NCBI GenBank assembly: GCA_964234715.1 | Contig: OZ174282.1 | Reading direction: 5' to 3' (one strand) | From: Podarcis melisellensis | Taxonomy: Eukaryota | DNA: 64,000 nt | In this document: one piece after another, positions 48,201-60,200 of the stretch | How positions within the stretch are numbered: position 1 is the first letter of the stretch | Layout: each line of letters opens with the position of its first letter | Made by a program: the position numbers and the translations under genes | Notes under the pieces: generated by a model | The model's input: only the letters and a program-made list of their open reading frames with translations | Told to the model about the DNA's origin: nothing | The model's database searches: none

Positions 48201-51200
48201 GGTTTTCACACCTAAAGGTCACTTTCCCCAGTGGGCTGGCCATTATGGCAATTCACAGGAGAGCACCTTTGTTCCCTGTAAGCTCTGCCTGTAAGCTTCT
48301 CAGGGACTTCTGAAGAGTCTTGTGGCACCTCAAAAGGCTAACACATTTGTTAAGGTGTAAGCTTTTGTGGACTACAGTCCACTCGATCAGATGAGTTACT
48401 GTTGCTGTTCATTCTTTTCACATCCTCTGTAGTTTTGCAAAGTACTTTTTAGCCTTTGGTCTGATCTACCCCTGTGATGTAGATCACACTAGGCGAATGA
48501 GGCTGAGAGAGTATTGTGTGTGTGCACGCATGCCGAAAGCTGTAGAAGGGAGTTCAGGGCCATTGTGAGAATTGAACCCTCGTCTACACCCTTAAACCAG
48601 ATTACAATTTTTTGTTTGTTTTTTACTCGTACTGGATTGAACTATTTGGACCAAATCTTGCTTCATGTTTGGACGATGACACATGTACAAGAGCTTCTTG
48701 GGTTCTGCTGCTTGGACAGGATTACCATGACCTGAAAAGAGTTGAGAATCCTTAACAGCAGACAGGGGGAGTGTGAGGCTCAAGTTCGTTCCAGCCTTGG
48801 CAGGACCATTTGTCTTGCTTAGATGTCTGCTTATAGGTACCCTTTTGCCCCTTAGGCCTTGGACGCAGAGCTGAGGAACTTGTCGGCTCCAATGAATCAG
48901 GAGCTGGAGGCAGTGAAAGGGATTATATCCAACCCTCCCTGGGGAGTCCCTGAGCAATTACTGAAGGCTTTGGAGAAAGATGCCAAGAACCTTCAGAAGT
49001 CTTTTGGCTCCGTCAGCGAGGCTCTGGACTCTTGGCTACTGAACCTTCGTGCTGCGACAGAAGCAGAAAAGGTACTGCACTCCTTACGGCCTTCCTTTGC
49101 CAAGGAGGCTCCATGTTGGTTCAAAGAAGGTGCTTGCCGATTCTATGGAAAAGGAATGTTCTGGGAAGCACAGGACCCACCCTTCCAGGGTCCTTCCAGG
49201 CGGGTGTTTATTGTGGGGTGACTGCTCCTCGCGCATGCAGGAGTTGTTCTTTTTGCAGCATCCACACAACATCATTGGCATCAAAATGCCAGCCTGTCTT
49301 TTCCCCCATTTAATCTGGATCTGCACTTTCTGGGGAAAATACAGTGTTAAAAAAGAATCCTGTTGCAATATCCGAACAACCTTTTTTACAATATTAAATT
49401 CCTGTCTGGAAGCAACCCATATTTTTCCTAGAAGGGGTAGAAAATGGGCCATTGTATGCAAGCAAAATGGAGCTGCAAAGGTCTCATGTCTGAATGCCCC
49501 CCCCCCACTGCATAAGTGGAAGTTTGTTTTATTCATACATTTCACAAAATTTATATACCACTTGATAGTAAAAATAGACCTCAAAGTGATCTACAAAATG
49601 ATAAACAATAAAATTATCAGTAAGAAAAATCAACCATTATTCACAGTAGACTAAAATCAGATTAATACTCACATCAACTTTCTAACCCCTGTTTGTCCTT
49701 AACGTGCCATTAACAGCATAAGAATATAAGAACAGGCCTGCTAGATCACGCCTACACCCATCTATTCTAGCATCCTGTTCTTGTTCTCTTTGTGGCCAGC
49801 AGATGATTTGGGGGAAATGCCAAATAATTAAGTGATGTCCTGGGCCTCAACCGTACATTGTCCCACCTCTGAACACTGCCTGTGTGGAGTGTGTGCATCT
49901 GAGTTTCAGTGACCACTCCATGTGACAGTTTTTGTGGGGGAATATTCATCTGTGCATAATTTCCCCCCTTAGTTTTTCTTTTCTCTGTTCTCTTGCACAG
50001 TGACTCCTCATGCAGCAATAGGATTTTTTTGCGTACTGAAAAAGACTTCCTTTATTGCCCCCCCCCCCCGTGGCAAACATTGTTTAAAAAGCAGCTACTG
50101 CTACTGCTGCTATATGTGAGCCCATTCACAAGAGCTCTCCTACCACATGGATCTTGAGAGCAGAGTCACCTTGTGGAGACACTTTTGCTTCAAGAATAGG
50201 CCAGAGTTATGCGCCTGTCAGCTAAAATGCCAATATTTGTTAAGGTTTGGCATCTTTGGCTGACCTTGGTTTGCCCTTTTGTTCCTATTCTGGTTTTAAT
50301 TATTATTTCTCTGTTGTTGTTTCATTTTGAGGCTGAAATCCTAGCACAGCATGGGAAGCTGCAGGGCAGGCTCCAGGAGCTGCTGAGCTGGGCGTCTGAC
50401 ACCACAGAGTTACTCAACCATCTAGAGTCCCACACTAAAACTGATGCCAGCAGCTTGAATTCCTGCCTCCAGAGCTACAAGGTAGTTGCCATAGCAACGT
50501 CACAGGCTAAGCCTGACTGGGAGGGTGGCAACTTCCCACGGAGGGGGCTGGGAGTTCCTGGTTGTCCGCATGCTAACTAGGGGATCTATACTCTCTGCTG
50601 AGAGCACCCTTGGGACCAGTCACTTTGGGCCTTCTGCCTTGGCTCACTTCATTTCAACCATGAATGCAATTATCCTATCAGCTACTCAATATTTGTAAAA
50701 AGGCATATGTTTAGGAAGTTGTCCTCAGTATTTACAAACTCATTCTGGGACCTTTCCAGCTCTGGAAACAACAGTTAGCCACATGAGAATAGCCCTGCTG
50801 TATTGGATCATTGGTCTGTCTGGTTGAGAGTGTTGCTCCCTTATGGAGCCAGATGCTTCAGGGTATTTCACAAACAGGGCTGTTATGGTGGTAGCCATTT
50901 CCTGCTAGTTGCTAGCCAGCATCCTGACCACCAAAGGTTGCCTTTATGGAAATTCTGGTGGATGAATTAGGAGGGCCAGACTGAGGCTGGTAGGCCTCTT
51001 TTTTCTTCCCTCCACTTTTCTTTCATTGCCCTGAGTTGTCCTCCTTTCACTCCTGTTTTTTCCACCACCCCACAACTTTTGGCAAGATTCAAGAACTCTG
51101 CTTAGTGGAGACTCCTTGCTTGTCTAGACAAAGCTCCACCCCCCCACACACACCATGCAGGGGGGGGGTCTGCATTATGATCTAAAAATGGATCTGTGAT

Positions 51201-54200
51201 GGCAATTAGCATCACCCATGCATTTTGCGCCAGTAGACATCACAACCGTTTGTGCAGCACTGTGAGTGTTGTAAGTTATAACCATTTATGGCTATGAATT
51301 GTGTAGTTTTATGATCTGGCATTTGAAAAAAACAAATATTTCCTCTTCTCTGCCTGGAGCTCTTGAGAGCTTTTTGTGGGTGTGTGGCATGCCTGAGTTT
51401 GCAACTGGCTCCTCCCAAGATAATATGACTGGGAAGCCAGACCTTAAGCTATATGACCTGCCAGCCAATTCCTTCCCACTTAGAACAGCCTTTGCCAATC
51501 TGGTGCCCTCCAAATGTTTCAGACTACAACTCCCATCAGCCCCAGCCAACGTTGGTTTGACTTAGAATGTAACATTGCCAGGCATTTTTTGTTTTTCTGG
51601 GTGATGGGAAGCTCCCCAGGGAAGGGTGGGCGGGGTTTAGTTTCTTTGGGATGGGAAGGGAAACCAGACTACACCCTGAAGTCTTAGGGTGTAGTTGTAA
51701 TGTATATTTTAAGATATAACAAATGTAAGGAGAGCATTTGAGAAGCAAACCAAGACTTCTGCATCAGGCTGCAATTCCACATTAGGTTCCCAGGGAGAAA
51801 GACTTTGCACCCTGGGGTGTCTCTAAAGTTGTGTGGGAAAATTTGATTTCAGTTCTCATTTAAAGGTGAACCTACCAGTTATGCATGTCCTGAAACAATA
51901 TGTGAACTGAAATTCACACTTCTCCGAATTTTGTGTTCCTTTCCAAGCAAATAATTAGTACAGAAATGCATATACTAGGGGAATGCATACATAAATGCAT
52001 ATATTAATGAAAATAACACATTAAAATGCTTTATATAAGGGGGAAATGGCCTGCAAAAATATGTTTATTGGGCAAAATTACATAACAAAAATGTGTGTAA
52101 TTGAAGTGTATGCTAAAATGCTGTTTAATTTTCATTAGGACTTAAAAACCACACACAATCCGGTGCAAAAATGTGAATGGGAAAAATAAGAAACTGAGAG
52201 AAACTGAAATTGACAGACTGACCCATCCTTAGGTGCTTCACCTTCATCCACTCACAAATTCATGGTGTGTGAGAGACAGAGGGGCAGAGAATGAATTCAG
52301 ACTGGCTCTGAGCTATTTCTCTGCCCTTCTCCCTAGCTCTAAGTGTGTCAATTTCAGGCTATCGGAGAAAGCTTCCTGCCCCGATGAAGGACCATTAAGC
52401 CTCTTTTGTTTTAAAGTCTCTGGTCACTTGGTCATTCAAGCAGGTGAAGCTTGCAAAGGTATCCTGCGGGTGACTGAAGTCTCAGAGTGGCTACATTTTC
52501 TCCCTCTTCCCCTCTCTTGACATGACCAGGAGCTGAAAAGGCCCCTTGCAGATACCAAAGCTCAGCTTGATGCAACAGCCCTTGACATTCAGTTCTTCAT
52601 TTCTGAGCACGCTCAAGACTTGTCCCCGGAGCAAAGCAGGCAGCTGTTGAGGCTGCTGAACGAGCTACAGACATCCTTCCGGGAACTTTCAGAGAGGCTG
52701 GCCACCCGGGCAGAGGTCCTTCAGGTCTGTCTCCAGCAAGCGGAGCAGACAGATCAGGTGACAGTGGTGGAGTGGCAACCTCTTTGCTGTGTCATATTTA
52801 ACAAGGAGCAGGATGTGTGTCTTTTCCTCTTTAACCAAGCTGCCCTTCCTACAGTTTCTGTATGCATCCTTTTGCAATTAAGTTGTGGCATCATAGAGTG
52901 CGTCAGCTGCTGCTTCAAAGCAGAGAGATGCCTCATTTCTGTGTATCTCTCCTTCCATCCTCCCTTTCACAGAGTGAGTCAGGACTCCAAATAGGTGACT
53001 GTTCTAAGGACAATGGGGGACACCAGTTAAGCTGGTTTCTGTCATAGTGGTGGGGCTGAATCTCAATAAGGAAGGCTAAAGTAATGTCCTGGATGGAGCA
53101 AGAGGGGAGAAAGCGGAGCATTAAAAGCAACACATTTGTGACTCAAGTGTTAGCCCAGGGTATGGGGGACTTGTTGCTATCTGTGGTTTTTAGCTGTAAT
53201 AGTTGTGCAGATGCACAGTATGAGTGCAACAGGCACAGTGGTCCAATTTTGCGCATGAACAAGCAGCCTGCTAGTTTATGCTGCAGAGTCTACTGCGCTC
53301 CTTACTTTGTTGAGTCAGGAGCAACAAACCATGAGCCCTGCTTTAATGTGTTGTGCAAAATGCTGCTCGTGGCTTATTTATCTCCAAACAAGTCACACTT
53401 AGTAAGCCAAGGGACTGAGTACCAAGCTTTGTTAGTAGAGGAACAAACCAGGAGTGCTGGTTTGTATGTTATGGTTTGTGGCACGTAGGCGGAACCTTTG
53501 GCCTGCAAATCTGTTTTCCTCCAGCCATGCCCACTTTTCTCTCACCTCCATCATCTGATTTCAGGTGTGTCAAGAAAATCTGTGGGTACAAAGGGAGAAC
53601 CTTTGCAAGCAGTGCTTGCTTTTGGTAACTGTTTAAATTTTGAGTGGTTCCAACCTGCTGGTCAAAGGGGATCACCATTACCTATCCCTGGTTTAGGACT
53701 TGACACAATGCATGAACATGGTGGAAATAGTGCAGAATACACAGTTGCACGCAAGGCCCACTCAGGGCTGCAGTTTAATCAAAACCACCTCCCCCCCCCC
53801 CACCGGTTGCTCCTCTGAGTTTTCTCAGACTGGAGAAAGTCTTTTGGGAAATGTCAGTACAGTCTCTGCAAACATAGTTACCATTCCAGCCCCTGTTCTG
53901 TCTTATATTTAAGGAATGGGGATTTGATATGCACACTGGTGTTTTAAAGGTGCCGGGTGCACTTGCCCTCTGTGTACTTTTACCAGCAGATATAAACACA
54001 TTCTTGGTTACCCTCAAGCTTTCCTCACTTTAGCAGCCTAATTATTGTTAAATAATTAGGAGCAGAAATCCTTGCCAATCCATTGCAGATCATCCAAAGA
54101 TCTACCCAGCAGGTCCAGTCTACCATTGCTTACTCCTGCCCTTTTTTTTAGAAGACTATCCTTAGGAAGCATAAATATAATTTGGAAGGATTGTGAGCTC

Positions 54201-57200
54201 AGCTCAGTTCTGGTGTTTAGAACCCACATCAGAGATACTTTCAGGCTCCAGTTGGTGGATCTTTGGGTTCTAGCAAAGCACAAAATAGATTCAGCAAGCT
54301 TGAATTCTGCCCTCCACTGATCTAGAGAATGTAGAGTGAATATTCTAAGAACAGGAAGAATATCTGCTACTAAGACCCTTCTATGCTTCTGAGTTCAGCA
54401 ACGCATCCACTTTGGCCCTTAAGAAGTGCACACAAGGATGCTCAATAAAGGTGTGCTTTTGCAGCCCCCATAACTGCATGCCCCTGCCTCTCTTTTTCCT
54501 TCAGACACTAATACAAGCAAGGTTTTGTTTAACAATTGTCCCCTTGTAATGTGTGCCTATTCTGCCTCTCTTCTTTTTGTGTATGTGTGTTTGTGTGTAT
54601 TAACCGTTTTGCTTTGCCTTTTCAGATTCAGTGTGCTCCCATCCCTAATGCGAGAAGATCTTGTTATGCTGCTGAAGAGTGCTTTTTTAGCAGTGCTCTT
54701 TTCCCCTCTCCTCCTCCTCAAACTGCTTCTGTTATTTGGCTTAAGGAATGTCTGAAAATGAACAAAAAAAGCCCTGTTTTTCATTTGGCAGAAGTTTGTA
54801 TGTTTTGATCGTAAGGCACCAAGGGAAAGACAAATTGCACACTGGTTGAAAGAAGGATGGCCCAGGGTCACACATCATGCTCAATGACGCCCTATTTGCA
54901 GGACTCCCAAGAGGATAATCTGGGACTTGGTTTGGTGCAGTGTCCAAAATTCACTCACACTCACTCTGTCTCTCTTTATCTCTCCCACTGTTCCCAGAAA
55001 TAACATTTTTTTGGTTTATAGCAGTTGTGCAAGGTCATTTAGCACAGCTTGTTATTCCCCAGGTATCTTTTGTTCTTGAGACTGGGATGCAAAAACAGGG
55101 CTTCAAGCAAAAGTTGGGTTAATTGCTTTCTAGCCCTGACAGCATAAGCCAGAATAACTGCCTCCATGGAAATGATTTATGTTTGGGTTCAGTGAATGTG
55201 TTTCCCTCCACCCCTCAGTGGGAGAAAAAGGCATGAAAAGTGTTACATTGGAAAGCAAAAAAAAAAAAAAAAAGAAAGAAATTTGCAGGAAAGGTTTTCA
55301 AGGAGAAGACCAGATTCTTCCTTCCTCCAATTTTCCTGCAAGAGCCACACAGATTTTGCCATCCATTTTCCCTCTGATAAGTCATCTTTCAAGGAAAAAG
55401 CCATCATGTCAACATCAGTCCTTGATAAGTGGGCTGCTATATGGGAATAAGAGTGGGAATTAAAGGCCGATGAAAGAACCTAGATGGCAAATGACTCCAT
55501 TTTAAACCATATACACTTTGATGTGCCAGACAATGGACCTAAATGACCGTCTAGAGCAAAAGTAGAGGGTGAAGCAAGAGAGTGTGTGAGAGAGAGACGA
55601 TGCCTCTTGCGAGCCATTGACTGCATCTGCTTAAGTGCTTTCTGTTTTGCAACTTGTTTGGCTTGCATTTGTGGTTTTAGCAGTTGAATTGACAGGCATT
55701 AACAGGTGCTTTGTTTTTGTTAAACAATCCAAAATCTAAACAGACACTTCAAGAACAGCAGGCAATACGCAGCCAGAAACTGGAGGAGTTGTGCACCTGG
55801 ATGAACCAGGCTGAGCACAGACTGGTGGATCCACAGAGAGCAGCGAGGGAAGGGGACCTCTCTGTACTGCAACAGAGCCAGAGTGACGTTAAGGTGAGAA
55901 CACAATTACAGGAAGCTGGACCACTGCACTGTGTTTCCCTTGATGGAGCTGGTAGGCCAGGTGGCAAAACACATCTTGTGACCAGGCTGGGTTGCTGGGT
56001 GTTTCTTCTTTTCACACTCCAGCATCTGCACACATGTTTTGTTCTGTCTTTGTTACAATGCAAGGCGTGTGGCTTGTTTATTTGCTTTGTTTCATTTGTA
56101 ACACACCCCTCAAGCCGGTAATCCTAGGGCAGAGTAGGTGCACCATATATAAAAAGCAAACTTTTTATATTCTCTGCTCAGAAATCAGTGGCCTCTTGCC
56201 TCAAGAACTCAGCATCATTACAAGTCTGTGAATACCAGCTTACAGTTATGCCAGAGATGGTCACTCTCTTTGCTGCTCTTTTGATTTCTGCCATTAGGAC
56301 TTGCAGAGAAGCCTGCACAGCCGAGCAGCCTCTTTTGCCGGTGTCTTGAAAGCGACAGAGGAGTTCCTGGAGGAGAATCGGACCAAGCTGGACCCCAAGG
56401 AACTGGCATCCCTGCAGGAAAGGCTCTGCCAGGCCAAGGAGCAGTACCAGTCCCTGCAAGAGAGGACGGAGGCGGCGCAGAAGGAGCTAGAGAGTGCTGT
56501 GAGCACTGTGGTGCAACAGCAAACAGAAAAGGTACAGCACCACACAACCTGGAGCTGATGTGGAAGATCCCTCCTTCCCATAAGGAGGGAGTTGAGTAAA
56601 CTTATAAGAGGCTGTGTGTTGTCCAGTGCTCTCAGAATTGTAGTAGGATCCTTCTGAGGCATGCAAAAAAATTTGCATGACATTATTGACATCAAAATTC
56701 TAGCCCATATTTACCCATTCTGTGCTTTGTAATCTATCAGCTTCTTATGCACTCTGCTCTGTTTCCAGATTAGAGCTGTCAAAGACTTTGAAGAAAATAA
56801 GAGTAAGATTGAATCTCTTCTGCACTGGATGGCATCACTAGAGCAGCCCAAGGAGCTCACAGAAGCTGAACACCACGGAGTGGGTCTAGTGACTGGAAGA
56901 GTCCAAGATAACCCTGATGGTGGATTCAAGGAGGCGGACAGAGTTGAAGAAGATCTCACTTTGCACTATGAAAGCTTGAAGGTTGGTGGGGTCTGCTGGA
57001 TGGAGGGTTGAGTTAAAGATCAGCTAAGCTAAGAACACATTTGCTCAAAGTCAGGAGTGGGGAACCTTTTTCATCCCCAAGGACCCCATTCCTTTGTGGG
57101 GAGGCTCTGTCTTCTGGCAGAAGTTGGTAAAATCAGGATAGTCAGAAAGAACAGCTGAGGGAGGGAAGCCTGTCCCTTCTGTCCCCCAATATTTGCCACC

Positions 57201-60200
57201 TGTGGCAGTTGCCTCATGCTGCCTAACAGTAGGGCTAGCCCTATGGACTTGATATTGCAGAACTGTATGAAGGCTTTGCATTTTTGAAGGTGGCTGCAGT
57301 TTCCCTCCCTAGCCTTGTAAAGGGACCAGGTTCTAATTTCACGGAGTCAGTGTGGACTTAGATGTACTACAGCCTGGTTGTTTGCTGCTGTTGTTCCAGG
57401 TCCGCCACCAAGAGCTTCTCTCTCAGCAACAAGAAGTCATTCTAGCTACGCAGTCAGCCCAGGCCTTCCTGGACAAGCAAGGCCACAATCTCTCCCCGGA
57501 GGAGAAGCAGAGGCTGCAGGGGAGGCTGGAGGAGCTGAAGGGACAGTATGCCACCACCTTGTCTCAGTCTGAGGTGCGGCTCAAGCAATCACAGGCGCTC
57601 CGGGACGAGCTGCAGAAATTCCTCCGGGACCATGTGGAGTTTGAGGCTTGGCTGGAGCAGGCCGAGCAAGAGCTGGAGAGGATGCGTGCAGGAGACGGCA
57701 GCCTCGAGTCCCTTCAGCCCCTGCTCCAACGGCAGAGCAGCTTTGCGGAAGATGTAATCTCACACAAGGGGGATTTGCGCTTTGTGACAATGTCCGGGCA
57801 GAAAGTGCTGGATGCAGAGAAGGTGGCGGCAGAAGCTGGGACTGCTGGGGGGCCTCCAAGGCCTGAGGTTTTAGCTACTGGGGTGCTAGTGAAGAACAAG
57901 TTGGACGATGCCACCAAACGATACAGTTCTCTTCATTCCAAGGTACAAGAACAGTGATAAAAAGAAGGTGTAGACCTCTGGATCTAGAACAAGCAGGCCA
58001 TAGGACAGTGGTTCCTAAAAGTTTGGGGCCAACCCCCCCCCCCCCGTTCCATAAACTCATCTCCAATGCCCCCTACCCCACCTTTTTTAAAACACACACA
58101 CACACACAAACACATGTTATTCAGAAGAGCAGTTTGCAGAACCCACTAAGGAAGATAAGAACACAATAAAATTCTGAGAAGAATTTTGCATGAAAAATAA
58201 AATAGCAGTAAAATTTTAAATGCAAAGCATGGAAGGTGGGAACTTTGGGAACCACTGTGATATGACTTCATTCCTGGAGCTTAATGTGGGCCTCCCATGT
58301 TGTTGATTTTTTTATGATTTGTACATAGCCTTGGTATAGCATAGTGACAGAGTATTGGACTACGTTCTGGGAGCCCGGGGGTTCAAATCTCCATGTGGTG
58401 ACCTTGGCCAGTCGCTGCCTCTTAGCTCAGCCTAACCCACAGTTAACACGATGATAAAATATAGGAGGGGGAGAACCATGTCTGCCACTTGAGCTCTTTG
58501 GAGAGAAGGTGGGATAGAAATATAATTATAAGCTACCGATTGTGGGAAATTGGAAGGTGAGCTTTCTAATCCCTTATGATCTCTACAACTGACCATGGTT
58601 GCCATCTTGGCTATCCATCTGTGTGGGGTGGGGCAAAACCTGAACCTTGCTATTGCACCGTATCCTTAGACTTACCGCAGAATCATCTGTGACAATTGTC
58701 TCCTTTTTTTGCAGTGCACTGCGCTTGGTTCCCATCTGAGTATGCTCCTGGATCGCTCTCAGCAGTTCCAGGACATAGCAGAATCTCTCCGGACGTGGCT
58801 ACAAGAGAGCGAAAAGGCTATGGCAACTCTCCTGTCAGAGCCTGTTTCTTCAGATCCAGCCATTTTACAGAGGCAGCTTGCCAGTGCCAAAGTAAGTGAA
58901 CAGGGCTCATGGCTCCCCTGGCTTAGTCTTGGAATTGTTAGGAATCTGGGTTAGCATATGGGGTTGTACATTACATATATGGCAGCCTTCACCAAAACTG
59001 CTATCCTCCAGATGTTGTTGGATTCCAATTTCCATCAGCCCCAGGCAGCATGGGCAGTGGCCAAGGATAATGGGAGTTGTAGTCCAACAACATTCAGAGG
59101 GCACTCACATGGGGAAGCCAAGTATGCTGCCTTGCTTGATCTCAGTCATAGAATGTGTAGTCCCCAAAAGAGCACAGTCGTGTGCAAAGTACGTTTTCCT
59201 CTACACTGAATATTTCATTCATCCATTCATTCCATTTATTCATCTCATAATGAAAATATTTCCCGGGGTGACTTACAAAGTGATATCAACAAAATAAAAG
59301 CTTACAATTCAGGAATAAACCAATTTAAACCCACCCAGCAACAATTCAACAAAAAAATCAGTGCAACGTGACCAACGTATGTCAATAACCAATGACCAGT
59401 TCACTGCCCGTAAAGCACTGCCTACGCCCAAAAAGCTTGGCCCAGTTAGTTGCCATCAAAGTTGGCAAGATCAATAATGGTTAAAAATAGAGGGTCCATG
59501 ATGATTAAGTATATTATGAACATAGGAAGCTGTGTTCTATTGAGTCAGACCATTGGTTGGTCTCTGGCAGCAGCTCTCCAAGATTTCAGGTAGGAGTCTC
59601 TCCCAGCCCTACCTGAAGATGCCCAAGATTGACCTGAGGACCTTCCATGTGCAAAACAGATGCCCTGCCATTGACATATGGCCCTTCCCTAACCACAGCC
59701 AGGTTTTATTGAGATATAAAAGAACTGCAGGTTATTCTTCATGTCTGTCCCTGCTCTAATTCCTGCTCTGCTCTCACTGCCATGTCAATTGCAACAGCAC
59801 CTGCAGGAAGACCTTGCAGAGCACCAAGTGCCTGTAGAGAGGCTTGAGAAGGCAGCTCGGTCCCTCTTGGAAATACATGAAGCGCCCTTACCTGATCACA
59901 GAGGCATTCAGGAAACCACAGGTAAGGATGGAAAGAGCTGCTTTCTGGCCCTTGTTGTTCTGTGGACTTCCCAGGGGGGTTCTGGAAATGGGAAGGTGTT
60001 GTTTGAGTTCACCACCTCCAGCACCAAAGTGCCTTGGGCTGGCCAGCTCTGAGAAATAACATTTCTCGGCCTCCTTAGTTGGCCTTTTACACAGCTGAGT
60101 GATTTGTGGCAGCTGGACCCCACACGATCTATGGGGTACTGTACTGGAAGCCCTCCACCCATTTTAATTTTCCACACCCAGTTTGTAATGGATTTGGTGC

